Below are positions 42,576-53,879 of a stretch of 64,000 nt of DNA, piece after piece. Below the pieces are notes generated by a model. The model saw only the letters and a list, made by a program, of their open reading frames with translations. It was not told the DNA's origin and did not search any database. The stretch covers positions 2,912,001-2,976,000 of the forward strand of contig CBDCKW010000009.1 of assembly GCA_965218435.1 (NCBI GenBank). The letters are read 5' to 3'. Source of the DNA: Truepera sp. (GTDB lineage: Bacteria > Deinococcota > Deinococci > Deinococcales > Trueperaceae). A program made the position numbers and the translations under genes. Positions within the stretch are counted from its first letter, which is position 1; the number at the start of each line of letters is the position of its first letter.

Positions 42576-43905
42576 GTTACAGCCGCTCTTCGGGGCGGCT
42601 GAGGATTGAAACTTTGGTGAGCAGCCACTATGGACGGCAGGGGATGAGAGTTACAGCCGCTCTTCGGGGCGGCTGAGGATTGAAACAAACAGATGGAGAC
42701 CAGATTACAAGCTTTGGAAAACGTTACAGCCGCTCTTCGGGGCGGCTGAGGATTGAAACTTTGTCAAGCATGGTCAGGTACTTGTTTTTCGTGTTGTTAC
42801 AGCCGCTCTTCGGGGCGGCTGAGGATTGAAACCGTAATCGACCGAGATGGTGTAGTAGTCAGCTTTGTTACAGCCGCTCTTCGGGGCGGCTGAGGATTGA
42901 AACATCCCAGACATATGCGCCATAGTCCTTAATGGCCTGTTACAGCCGCTCTTCGGGGCGGCTGAGGATTGAAACGTTGATGTTGCGCTCTACGAAGCGG
43001 GCGGTATCAGGTTACAGCCGCTCTTCGGGGCGGCTGAGGATTGAAACATCTCGGCTTACGTCGCTACCGAGCGGCGCGACCGTTACAGCCGCTCTTCGGG
43101 GCGGCTGAGGATTGAAACTGTGACAAGCGTAAAGTCACCGTCTTTCGCCAGTTGTTACAGCCGCTCTTCGGGGCGGCTGAGGATTGAAACCGGCTGACGG
43201 TTCGGTTGTGTTGTCGAAAGAGGATGTTACAGCCGCTCTTCGGGGCGGCTGAGGATTGAAACGAGTTTGCTGTGCAACTCTAAAAGCGTGTCGCATGTTA
43301 CAGCCGCTCTTCGGGGCGGCTGAGGATTGAAACGCCACTGTACCCATCGTCCTCTTTAATCATCTGCTCGTTACAGCCGCTCTTCGGGGCGGCTGAGGAT
43401 TGAAACTCTGACAAGTTCATCACGCTCCGGTTTCGTCATCTGTTACAGCCGCTCTTCGGGGCGGCTGAGGATTGAAACGCGTGCATCCGGTGCCATCGGA
43501 TGATGGTGGTCAGTGTTACAGCCGCTCTTCGGGGCGGCTGAGGATTGAAACGGGCATAAGCGCACTTACCTTGGGGCCATCCTCGAGTTACAGCCGCTCT
43601 TCGGGGCGGCTGAGGATTGAAACCCAAGTAACTCGAAGATCGTCATATATATTCACCTGTTACAGCCGCTCTTCGGGGCGGCTGAGGATTGAAACTGCCA
43701 CTTGACTGTCAGGGTCGCGTACCAAAATCTGTTACAGCCGCTCTTCGGGGCGGCTGAGGATTGAAACTTGTCTCGAGAGACGTGCTAGCCTGCCGTTGCG
43801 ACGTTACAGCCGCTCTTCGGGGCGGCTGAGGATTGAAACTACGGAGCCCGTGATAAGGCGACCTACATCTACCGTGTTACAGCCGCTCTTCGGGGCGGCT
43901 GTAAC
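42576..43905 (+). CRISPR. CRISPR array: 18 identical 37-bp repeats + 1 altered terminal repeat, 18 spacers of 34-37 bp
   Basis: Repeat GTTACAGCCGCTCTTCGGGGCGGCTGAGGATTGAAAC starting at 42576, 42650, 42723 ... 43803; terminal repeat at 43876. Confidence 0.99.
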
Positions 43906-43987
43906 CTATCAAAAATGTTGCTAAAATGCCCTTCCTTAGTTCTGTTTACGACTATACAGACTTTTGTCCGGTCAACAGTGCATAATC

Positions 43988-44050
43988 TTGACAAATAACG
44001 CATACGGGTGTAGACTTGTTTCTATCAGCGCCTGAGAGGGCGCATTTTTT
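43988..44050 (+). promoter_or_regulatory. Orphan sigma70-type promoter followed by hairpin and T-run
   Basis: TTGACA-17 bp-TAGACT, then GCGCCT-GAGA-GGGCGC ATTTTTT. Confidence 0.55.
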
Positions 44051-44089
44051 ATGCTCTAGCTATGCTTTGTCGTTGTTAAAGCTCGAGCC

Positions 44090-44869
44090 CTAATACTGCC
44101 CCAATAAACCCCGGTTGAGGGCGCGGCGTTCGGCACGTTTGTAGAGAAATACGCCCAGCAAAAAGTAAACTGCGGCGTTGACGCCTAAAGAAAGCCAGTC
44201 GAGCCCTGAAAACCCGGTTAAGGGCGTGCCTTCAACCATGACCCCGCGCACCATGTCAGCCCCTTTAACGACGGGTGCAAGCTCTAAGAGTGGCAGCGCC
44301 GAGAGCGGCACCGCCACGAGCGCCAAAAAGACGAACTGGGCAATCTGTAACAGTGAATCAACCTGCTTATAGATAAGCGAGAGCCCCGCGACCATAAAGC
44401 CGACGCCGAGCATGCCGACAATTGTCAGAAGCAAAATCGGTAGCAGCGTCACGAGGTCGAGGTTGAGCCACTGCCGCGCCGTAAGCATACTCAAAAAAAC
44501 CATCAGCACGATCATAATGAGGTTGACCACAATACGCCCAACCATCCGCGCCAGCAAGATACGCCACGCACCAACCGGCGACATATAGAGCTGCTCCAGA
44601 GTTCCACGCATCGCCTCTTGGGTAATCTCCCAACCAATACTTTGCATCGCCATGAGCGCCAAAAACCACAAGGCTGTACCGACAATCGCGTACTGAATGT
44701 TGGTGTCGGCGCTGCCGGGTGCGCCCAGAACCCGGATTCCCAAAAAGACCATCAAAAAGAGGGCATAAAAGGTTACGATGGTGCTGACCGTGTTGGGCAA
44801 ATAGCGCCGCATCTCGGTCGCCACTTTGCGCAGATTTGCCAGTAAAACGTTAAGGTAGGCGTTAAACAC
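44090..44869 (-). CDS. ABC-2 exporter permease
   Basis: EAMRGTLEQLYMSP motif; six TM segments. Confidence 0.9.
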   Translation of the reverse strand: MFNAYLNVLLANLRKVATEMRRYLPNTVSTIVTFYALFLMVFLGIRVLGAPGSADTNIQYAIVGTALWFLALMAMQSIGWEITQEAMRGTLEQLYMSPVGAWRILLARMVGRIVVNLIMIVLMVFLSMLTARQWLNLDLVTLLPILLLTIVGMLGVGFMVAGLSLIYKQVDSLLQIAQFVFLALVAVPLSALPLLELAPVVKGADMVRGVMVEGTPLTGFSGLDWLSLGVNAAVYFLLGVFLYKRAERRALNRGLLGQY

Positions 44870-45818
44870 GTTCGGCCTCCCGGGTCAGCTCTATAAAAAC
44901 CTGTTCAAAGTTTGTTTGGGTACGGCCCAAATCCTCGACAGGGGTACGCTCCAACCGTAAAACTTCCATCAGATCGTAGATGTCTTCGGGGTGCTCTAAA
45001 GTGACGCTCAAAGTCAGGTCCAAATCCTCGTAGCTAAATACCGCAAAACGCTGCACGATACGCCGCTGCTGCTCGGTACTGAGGGGTGCGCCCAGCGTCA
45101 CACGGTAGCTGCGGGTGTCAAAGAGTTGCAACAGGTCAGCGACCCGTTCGTCGGCGACCACACGGCCCGCGCTGACGATCACCGTACGCCCGCAAAGCTC
45201 TTGCACCACGTCCATATCGTGCGTTGAGATGATGATGGTGCGCCCTTCAGCGGCCACTTCACGTAAGAGTGCGCGAACCTCGAGCCCCGTCCCGATATCA
45301 AGGCCGAGCGTCGGTTCGTCGAGCAAGATAACTTCAGTTCCGGCAAGTAGCGCCACCGCAATAGCGAGTTTTTGCTGCATCCCCCGCGAGAGGTTATTGA
45401 CGAGTTCGTCAGCCTTGTCAGCTAAACGAAAACGTTCTAAGAGCGCGTCAATTTTAGGCTTGGCTGCCCGCGCCGATACGCCCCGGTTTCCCGCAAAATA
45501 GAGCATATTTTCGCGGACGCTCAAGCGCCAGTAGAGGTTACGGTTGCCCTCTAACACGGCGCTGAGGTGCCGGAGCGCCTGTAACCGGCGCTGCTGATTG
45601 TCAAGCCCTTTGACAAGCACGCGCCCTGCGTCGGGTTTTAAGAGGCCACAGATCATCTTGATGGTCGTCGTCTTCCCTGCCCCGTTCGGCCCTAAAAGCC
45701 CCAAAATCTCGCCTTCTTCGACCCTGAACGAGATGTCGTGCGCCGCCGTAACCTGCTCTTTCGACGCCCGTTTATGGTAGGTCTTTGTTAAGTTTTCGAC
45801 TTCGATAAGTGCAACCAT
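44862..45818 (-). CDS. ABC exporter ATP-binding protein
   Basis: GPNGAGKTT, LSRGMQQK, LDEPTLGLD. Confidence 0.95.
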   Translation of the reverse strand: MVALIEVENLTKTYHKRASKEQVTAAHDISFRVEEGEILGLLGPNGAGKTTTIKMICGLLKPDAGRVLVKGLDNQQRRLQALRHLSAVLEGNRNLYWRLSVRENMLYFAGNRGVSARAAKPKIDALLERFRLADKADELVNNLSRGMQQKLAIAVALLAGTEVILLDEPTLGLDIGTGLEVRALLREVAAEGRTIIISTHDMDVVQELCGRTVIVSAGRVVADERVADLLQLFDTRSYRVTLGAPLSTEQQRRIVQRFAVFSYEDLDLTLSVTLEHPEDIYDLMEVLRLERTPVEDLGRTQTNFEQVFIELTREAERV

Positions 45819-45889
45819 TTAAGCTCCTTTGGGTCGGCCCGAAAAGCTCAGCATAGCTGAACGTGAAGAAACTACGCACCTGCCAGAAG

Positions 45890-46051
45890 TCATAATGTAG
45901 CTGCTTTGGGGGCAGCCTCGAGCCGTTCCGCCCCCTTTCTAAGTACCTGCGCCAGTTCAGTACACCATACACTCTTAGGGAGTTGCCGCTGCACTTCTGT
46001 CTCTAAACGGTACGTTGCCAGCTTATCTTTTGCCTGTTCGTAGGTATTCAT
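45890..46051 (-). CDS. Small protein, 53 aa (below ORF-track cutoff)
   Basis: AAGGAGG RBS; MNTYEQAKDKLATYRLETEVQRQLPKSVWCTELAQVLRKGAERLEAAPKAATL. Confidence 0.7.
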   Translation of the reverse strand: MNTYEQAKDKLATYRLETEVQRQLPKSVWCTELAQVLRKGAERLEAAPKAATL

Positions 46052-46093
46052 AACCGCCTCCTTAAGGTCTATAGTGGGGCTAAGCTACTTCAA

Positions 46094-46762
46094 GTGAAAG
46101 GCACTTCTTTGAAACAGCTTATCGTCACGACACAGCGGGCGGCACACGCCTCGAGCGACCTCGAGACCGTCAAAAAGCTCGAGCCATTTATGAAACGCGA
46201 ACAGACCCTCAGTGAAGCAGGCCAAGAGCTTGGTCTCAAACTGCCGCAACTTGCTTATCATGTGGACAAATTCATCAAGTTGGGACTACTCGAAGTCGTC
46301 CGCGAAGTACCGCGAAAAGGACGCGCCGTCAAGGTCTACCGGAGTACCGCAGCAGAGTTTTTTGTTCCGTTTCACCTGACGCCGAGCGAGACCCTGGGGC
46401 AATTGCTTTTTGACCTTTCGGCGGCGGGAGAAGCTCGGTTTCACCGGGAAGCGGCGCGCGCTTTGCAGACGAATTCGCCTGTCTGGGGTCTTTACCTGAC
46501 TTGCGGTCACAATGAGCATTTGGAAATCGTCGTGGCACCTTCAGATCGTGGTTACAGAGATAGTGACGACCTTTTCGGCCCTGAGATGCCTGCTGTTTTT
46601 ACCGGCGACGGCGAGATAAGGTTGGACTTTGCCACGGCAAAAGCTTTTCAACAAGATTTGCTCGAGCTGTTTAAGCGGTACCGTCAGCAAGACACTGAAA
46701 AAGGTCAGCGTTACGCCTACCGTCTTGGTCTTACACCCTTAGTTGACGAAACGCTGAGCTAA
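46094..46762 (+). CDS. Winged helix-turn-helix (ArsR-like) regulator
   Basis: TLSEAGQELGLKLPQLAYHVDKFIKLGLLEVVREVPRKGRAVKVYRS. Confidence 0.82.
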   Translation: MKGTSLKQLIVTTQRAAHASSDLETVKKLEPFMKREQTLSEAGQELGLKLPQLAYHVDKFIKLGLLEVVREVPRKGRAVKVYRSTAAEFFVPFHLTPSETLGQLLFDLSAAGEARFHREAARALQTNSPVWGLYLTCGHNEHLEIVVAPSDRGYRDSDDLFGPEMPAVFTGDGEIRLDFATAKAFQQDLLELFKRYRQQDTEKGQRYAYRLGLTPLVDETLS

Positions 46763-46862
46763 AAAACCAAGCTGAGGGCGGGTCAAACCGTAAAAGTCAG
46801 CAAGGGCTCGGCCATAAAAAAAGCTCAGCCAAAGCTGAGCGGCGCGAAAGTGTATAGGGCGG

Positions 46863-47051
46863 TTACTGGGTGCTGCGTTTGGAAAAGGTGGTGGTGCTGG
46901 CTAAGTCGGGTTGAAGACGCGCCGCTAGGGTGTAAAAGTGCCCTGCTAGACGTTCACGGCGGCTTGGGCGGAGGCTTTCGGCCCAGGCCCGGTGCTGCGC
47001 CTCGGTCATTCGCTCAGCTGCGTAAACGGTTAAAAAGTCGGTGCTGTACAT
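46863..47051 (-). CDS. Small hypothetical protein, 62 aa
   Basis: ..RRERLAGHFYTLAARLQP amphipathic motif, similar in pattern to the 45890-46051 ORF. Confidence 0.6.
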   Translation of the reverse strand: MYSTDFLTVYAAERMTEAQHRAWAESLRPSRRERLAGHFYTLAARLQPDLASTTTFSKRSTQ

Positions 47052-47091
47052 GCTGCTCGTTTCTGCCAGCTTAGAACCGGCGGTTTGGTGC

Positions 47092-47238
47092 TTAAAAGTT
47101 GGTCCAGTGTCTTAAGACGCGCGGGGTGCGTTCGCGGTCGGGGTAGCTGCTCCGGGCGAGGCGGGCACTTTTGGTGTGACGCTCGAGTTCGGCGCGGTGA
47201 TTGCTGGCGAGTAGAGTTAGGTTCAGAAATGGGTGCAT
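47092..47238 (-). CDS. Small protein, 48 aa (below ORF-track cutoff)
   Basis: GAAAGGT RBS; MHPFLNLTLLASNHRAELERHTKSARLARSSYPDRERTPRVLRHWTNF. Confidence 0.55.
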   Translation of the reverse strand: MHPFLNLTLLASNHRAELERHTKSARLARSSYPDRERTPRVLRHWTNF

Positions 47239-47546
47239 GGTTGACCTTTCAGCAGCAAAAATACGCTGCAAGCTAGAAGTTTAGGTTGTTGTAAGGGAGG
47301 TTTGGAAGCCTCAGCTGTCCCTCAGGGACACTATGAAGCATACCAGGTAATCACAGTATATGCAAGCGTATATACAACAACGAGGATTGGCCCCAACCGT
47401 CTTTGAAAAACTTCATAAAGCTTACATCAAAGAGCAAAAAACCTCCTTTAGAACGCGATTTACAAAGCTGCACCGCGTCCTCATTTTGCTGGACGCGGCG
47501 TAGCTAAAAGCTATCTATTCAGTTCGTTTTATACATTTTTGCGTTG

Positions 47547-49118
<1,572 letters not shown>

Positions 49119-49163
49119 TCAGTCGTTGCCGTTAAACATCTAACTAGTCATTCTTGCTAAGCT

Positions 49164-50372
49164 GTGACAATGGCTGTCGGGCAACAGGTCAAAGGAATTA
49201 ACCCAACCGTTTTGCGATGGGCTCGCGAGCGGTCAGGTATGTCTGTACAGGATGTCGCAGGCAAGTTCAAAAAGCAGGTGGACAACATTGAGCGATGGGA
49301 AAGTGGTGATGCTTCACCTACATATATACAGCTTGAGAGATTAGCTTACGAACTCTACAAACGTCCATTAGCAATCTTCTTTTTCCCCGAACCCCCGGAT
49401 GAACCATTACCTCAGCAAGCGTTCAGAACGTTACCAGAAGCTGAGGCAGATTCTCTATGGCCTGATACTCGTTACGCTATCAGGGAAGGTCAATCTATGC
49501 AGCTTTCGTTGCATGAAATTAATAGTGGTCGCAATCCTAGCGAACGCCTTATCTTTAGAGACATACGGGCTCATTTGACTGATAATCCAATTTTCTTAGC
49601 AAGGCAAGTACGAGAGTATCTTGGGTTCACCCTACAGATGCAAATTGCCTCTTCTAACGAAAAAGAAGGATTAGAACGTTGGCGCAATGCCATACAGGAT
49701 GTAGGCGTGTTTGTATTTAAGCGCTCGTTTAGACAGAAAGAAGTTTCGGGATTTTGTCTTCTTGACCACGAATTTCCTATTATTTATATCAATAACAGTA
49801 CACCAGCTTCACGGCAAATTTTTACTCTACTGCATGAGCTTGCCCATATTCTGTTAGGCATCAGCGACCTGACAACAGAGATTTTTGAGAACGATCAAAT
49901 AGCTGATGACGAAGCTAGAACCGTAGAAAAGTTCTGTAATCAGTTTGCTGCCTCTCTTCTGATACCTAATCATGATTTTGACCAAGACTTGCTTAAGCTA
50001 GCAGAAGAAAACCAACACTTTACAAGTGATGAGTCAATTTCCGCGTTAGCCAAGAAGTATAAAGTAAGCAGAGAAGTTATAGTCAGGAAGCTTCTAAACA
50101 AAGGTTTAGTAAGTGGAGAATTCTACTCTGATAAGGCAAAACAATATGCTGAAGAATATCAGCAGTTTAGAGAGATGCGACGAGAGAAAGGGGGTGGTGG
50201 CGACTACTACGCGACCAAAGCAGCTTATTTAGGCAGTCACTTTATAACCCTCGTCTTTTCGGCCTATTATCAAGGCCGCGTTGACTTAAACCAAGCCGCT
50301 GAGTATTTGAATGTAAAACCTCAGAATGTAGGCAAGTTAGAAGAAACGTGGTCAAGAAAGGCCACGCCTTAA
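49164..50372 (+). CDS. XRE HTH fused to ImmA/IrrE-family metallopeptidase
   Basis: INPTVLRWARERSG HTH; RQIFTLLHELAH (HExxH); EKFCNQFAASLL; KVSREV. Confidence 0.92.
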   Translation: MTMAVGQQVKGINPTVLRWARERSGMSVQDVAGKFKKQVDNIERWESGDASPTYIQLERLAYELYKRPLAIFFFPEPPDEPLPQQAFRTLPEAEADSLWPDTRYAIREGQSMQLSLHEINSGRNPSERLIFRDIRAHLTDNPIFLARQVREYLGFTLQMQIASSNEKEGLERWRNAIQDVGVFVFKRSFRQKEVSGFCLLDHEFPIIYINNSTPASRQIFTLLHELAHILLGISDLTTEIFENDQIADDEARTVEKFCNQFAASLLIPNHDFDQDLLKLAEENQHFTSDESISALAKKYKVSREVIVRKLLNKGLVSGEFYSDKAKQYAEEYQQFREMRREKGGGGDYYATKAAYLGSHFITLVFSAYYQGRVDLNQAAEYLNVKPQNVGKLEETWSRKATP

Positions 50373-50845
50373 TGATTTACGTTGTTGACACCAACAGTTT
50401 CAACGTTCTCGAAAATTACTACCCAGCAAGGTTTCCATCATTCTGGAAAAACGCAGACCTACTGGTAAGGGAGGGACGCCTACTCTCTGTTCGAGAAGTG
50501 TTCAATGAGCTTGATGGAACATTACCAGAAGAGCATTTTATGCAGCAATGGATTAAAAACAACTCGGGGATTTTTCGTTCTGCAAGTGGGGATGAGGGGC
50601 AGTTTGTCGCAGATATATTTTCTGTGAACCACTTTCGCATGTTGATAGGCCAAAAGCAGCAGCTGAGAGGAATCCCTGTGGCTGATCCCTTTGTAATAGC
50701 CGCAGCACGTGCGTGTGAGGGTTGCGTCGTTACAGAGGAGCGAATGAAGCCCAATGCAGCAAAAATTCCTAATGTATGTGAGCACTTTGGGATTGATTGG
50801 ACCAACGTTGAAGGTTTATTGGAACGTGAAAACTGGAGTTTTTAA
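50372..50845 (+). CDS. DUF4411 PIN-domain protein
   Basis: YVVDTN..YYPARFPSFW..ADPFVIAAA..VVTEE..KIPNVC; ATG overlaps upstream TAA. Confidence 0.9.
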   Translation: MIYVVDTNSFNVLENYYPARFPSFWKNADLLVREGRLLSVREVFNELDGTLPEEHFMQQWIKNNSGIFRSASGDEGQFVADIFSVNHFRMLIGQKQQLRGIPVADPFVIAAARACEGCVVTEERMKPNAAKIPNVCEHFGIDWTNVEGLLERENWSF

Positions 50846-51062
50846 GATTAGCATTACACGTTCCCACAACTTAATTTAAGGTTCCAGAAAATAACGGATG
50901 GAAACGGAAATGACTTGTATCTGCTCTGTCCTACTCTGTTATACTTGGGACTATGAACGGGCGAATGATGCAACCTAGACCTGGCCCCGGCTAAGTTTAC
51001 GCTTAACCGTTTCCAGGCGCTTGCATAAAAGCGCCTCTTTTTTTGGCCTCGAGGAGAACAAA

Positions 51063-52985
51063 ATGACGCAGACTGAACAACCCACCCAGACCAAGAACAT
51101 CTACTACGCCACGACCCCAATTTATTATGTCAACGCCGAACCGCATATCGGCCACGCCTACACCACCACACTCGTGGACGTTGCGGCCCGCTTTCACCGG
51201 CTTATCGGCGATGACACTTACTTTTTAACCGGTACCGATGAACACGGCGAGAAGATTCAAAAAGCTGCCAACGCCGCCGGTCTGACCCCGCAAGCCTACA
51301 CCGACCGCATCTCGGGTAAGTACCAAACAACGTGGAACTCGCTCGACATCTCTTACGACGAGTTTATTCGCACCACCGAAGCGCGGCACAAACGGGTTGT
51401 TGATGAAATCTTGCAGCGCGTTTATGACAACGGCGACATTATCTTCGGCGAATACGGCGGGCTTTACTGCGTCGGCTGTGAACGCTACTACACCGAAAAA
51501 GAACTCGTAGACGGCAAGTGTCCACAGCACGACATCGTATTAGAGTACCGCAGCGAGGAAAACTACTTCTTCCGGATGGAAAAGTACCGTCCGTGGCTCC
51601 GTGAATACATCGAAGACAACCCCAACTTTATCCGGCCTGAACGTTACCGCAACGAGGTTTTGGGGATTTTACGGGAGCCTATCGGCGACTTGTCTATCAG
51701 TCGCCCAAGGTCACGGGTTCCGTGGGGCATCCCGCTCCCGTGGGATGAGAATCACGTCACGTATGTCTGGTTCGACGCGCTGATTAACTACTATTCGGCG
51801 CTTAAAAGCCACGGCACCGAAGACCACTACTGGCCGCATGTGGAACACTTTATCGCTAAAGACATCTTAAAACCGCACGGCGTCTTTTGGCCGACGATGC
51901 TCAAATCGGCGGGGCTACCGATCTATCAGCATCTCAACGTTCACGGTTACTGGCTCGTAGACGGCGGCAAGATGAGCAAATCGAAAGGGAATGTGGTGCG
52001 GCCCTTAGACCTTAAGGATAAATACGGGAATGACGCCTTCCGCTACTACTTACTCAGAGATATGACCTTCGGCCTCGACGCGAGTTTTAGTGAAGTGGGA
52101 CTGGCTGAACGTATCAATTCCGACCTCGCCAACGACCTTGGGAACTTGCTCAACCGGACGCTTGGAATGCTCAGCAAATATCGTCAGGGTGTGGTGCCTG
52201 AAATGGGAACCTTAGAACCAATTGACGAAGCCCTCAGAGACGCGTTTACGGCGCTACCCGAACGCTTGACCAAGATGGTGGATAACCTGCAGTTCGACCG
52301 GGCCATCGAGAGCGTGTTAGAAGCGGTGCGTAAGGCCAACAAATACATCGCCGAAACGCAACCGTGGGCACTCGCCAAAGACGAGGCGAACGCAAAACGT
52401 CTGGATACGGTGCTCTACACCTGTTTAGAGGCGCTGCGGTGCTCGAGCATCCTCCTCTCCCCCGTCATCCCCAACAAGGCCGAAGAGTTGCGGGCACAAC
52501 TTGGGCTCAGCGGGTCGTTTACGCTGGGCGACGCGGCGCAGTGGGGTTTGACGCCTGCCGGAACGCAGACCAAGCTCGGCAGTCCGCTCTTCCCACGAGT
52601 AGATTTAGCCGCGCTGAATAAAAGTTTAGAAATGAAAGAGGAACCCTTGGAACACAAACCTGAAGTAACGATTGATGAGTTTGCGAAGCTCGAGTTTCGC
52701 GTCGCCGAAGTCGTCAAAGCTGAAGCGCACCCTAAAGCTGACAAGCTCCTGGTCTTGTCCGTTAAACTAGGCGGCGAAGAACGTACTATCGTTTCGGGCA
52801 TCAAAAAGTGGTATGACCCCAGTGAACTAGCCGGGAAAAAGGTCATCATCGTGGCAAACTTAAAGCCCGTAAAACTGCGCGGAATCGAGTCGCAGGGGAT
52901 GATCTTAGCAGCGGAAGATGCCGAAGGGAATCTGAGTATTTCGGCGCTCGATAGGGATATCTCGAGTGGGAGTGAGGTCAGGTAA
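51063..52985 (+). CDS. metG: Methionine--tRNA ligase with C-terminal tRNA-binding domain
   Basis: TTPIYYVNAEPHIGH, YVWFDAL, KMSKS, NLKPVKLRGIESQGM. Confidence 0.98.
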   Translation: MTQTEQPTQTKNIYYATTPIYYVNAEPHIGHAYTTTLVDVAARFHRLIGDDTYFLTGTDEHGEKIQKAANAAGLTPQAYTDRISGKYQTTWNSLDISYDEFIRTTEARHKRVVDEILQRVYDNGDIIFGEYGGLYCVGCERYYTEKELVDGKCPQHDIVLEYRSEENYFFRMEKYRPWLREYIEDNPNFIRPERYRNEVLGILREPIGDLSISRPRSRVPWGIPLPWDENHVTYVWFDALINYYSALKSHGTEDHYWPHVEHFIAKDILKPHGVFWPTMLKSAGLPIYQHLNVHGYWLVDGGKMSKSKGNVVRPLDLKDKYGNDAFRYYLLRDMTFGLDASFSEVGLAERINSDLANDLGNLLNRTLGMLSKYRQGVVPEMGTLEPIDEALRDAFTALPERLTKMVDNLQFDRAIESVLEAVRKANKYIAETQPWALAKDEANAKRLDTVLYTCLEALRCSSILLSPVIPNKAEELRAQLGLSGSFTLGDAAQWGLTPAGTQTKLGSPLFPRVDLAALNKSLEMKEEPLEHKPEVTIDEFAKLEFRVAEVVKAEAHPKADKLLVLSVKLGGEERTIVSGIKKWYDPSELAGKKVIIVANLKPVKLRGIESQGMILAAEDAEGNLSISALDRDISSGSEVR

Positions 52986-53079
52986 AACACAGAGAATGGC
53001 AAATAAGTCCTGAACCAACCTGACGGGATTTAGGACTTATTTCTGATTGCATTCGCGTAATCTTTTAGTTTGAAGTTAT

Positions 53080-53775
53080 CTATGCTCTTCCTAAAAATTT
53101 TGCCGGTTTCTTGCCACCAAACCAAAAGGGTGTGATGTCCTCGATTTTAGACGGAAATCTTTCGTGTCCAATAGGTGTGGCAAAAAGTTTTGTTTCAACC
53201 ATGCCGAAGTATCTAATCTGTGACTCCTCAATGTTTTGTCCTACATAATGCACGTTGTGAACTGCATCAAGTAAACCGTGCCGCCACAACGCACGCGTAA
53301 ATGTGGGCAAGCTCGAGATAACCTGCTGTAGGGCACACACAATCAACGCAGCTTCATCCAGTGTTGCCAAACTGTATTTCTTGATTCGGTTGTGCTTAAT
53401 GTGGTTGTAGTTTGTCCACCATTTTCTTTCCACATAGTTTCCGGTTTTAGCACTTGTCCAGCCTTCAAATGGCGTGAGGTACCGAGGTGGGTGTTGAAAT
53501 AATAGAGATTTGACTTGGGAGAGATTACACCGTTCCTCGAAATGACAAGCGAAATTCTCAATATTGAGTTTGTTCTTACCCGTAGACGAAGCTAAAAATT
53601 CCTCCCGGAAGATAGTGTCAATTAGGCTTCCAGCCTCTACTATAAGAGGCGCAAGTAAGGGCAGATGGATGTTCTGATTTGCGTAAGAAAGCGGGATTGT
53701 TTTCAAAAATGTTTCTAGTTGAGCCTCTAAGCTTTGATACCAGACGATAATCTGCTCCGCCTCTAAGTCAGTCAT
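53080..53775 (-). CDS. Hypothetical protein, lower GC
   Basis: 231-aa ORF with WWTNYNHIKHNR motif. Confidence 0.75.
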   Translation of the reverse strand: MTDLEAEQIIVWYQSLEAQLETFLKTIPLSYANQNIHLPLLAPLIVEAGSLIDTIFREEFLASSTGKNKLNIENFACHFEERCNLSQVKSLLFQHPPRYLTPFEGWTSAKTGNYVERKWWTNYNHIKHNRIKKYSLATLDEAALIVCALQQVISSLPTFTRALWRHGLLDAVHNVHYVGQNIEESQIRYFGMVETKLFATPIGHERFPSKIEDITPFWFGGKKPAKFLGRA

Positions 53776-53879
53776 AGTGGCAACACTAGCAGCTTTTTTC
53801 TGCTATCCGCTCGCTATTATTGAGTCACAAAAAAGGCTCGAGTGTTTGGCTCGAGCCTCTCTTCTACTTAAAACTTAAA

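Noticed and set aside
43334..43369. Spacer 11 as a self-target in hslO
   Set aside because: Only loose similarity (EQMIKEDDG vs ERMIQEDGG) with many nucleotide mismatches.
43135..43705. Repetitive ORFs in the CRISPR array
   Set aside because: Translations of repeats and spacers.
50846..51062. T-box or SAM riboswitch before metG
   Set aside because: No T-box or S-box consensus seen.
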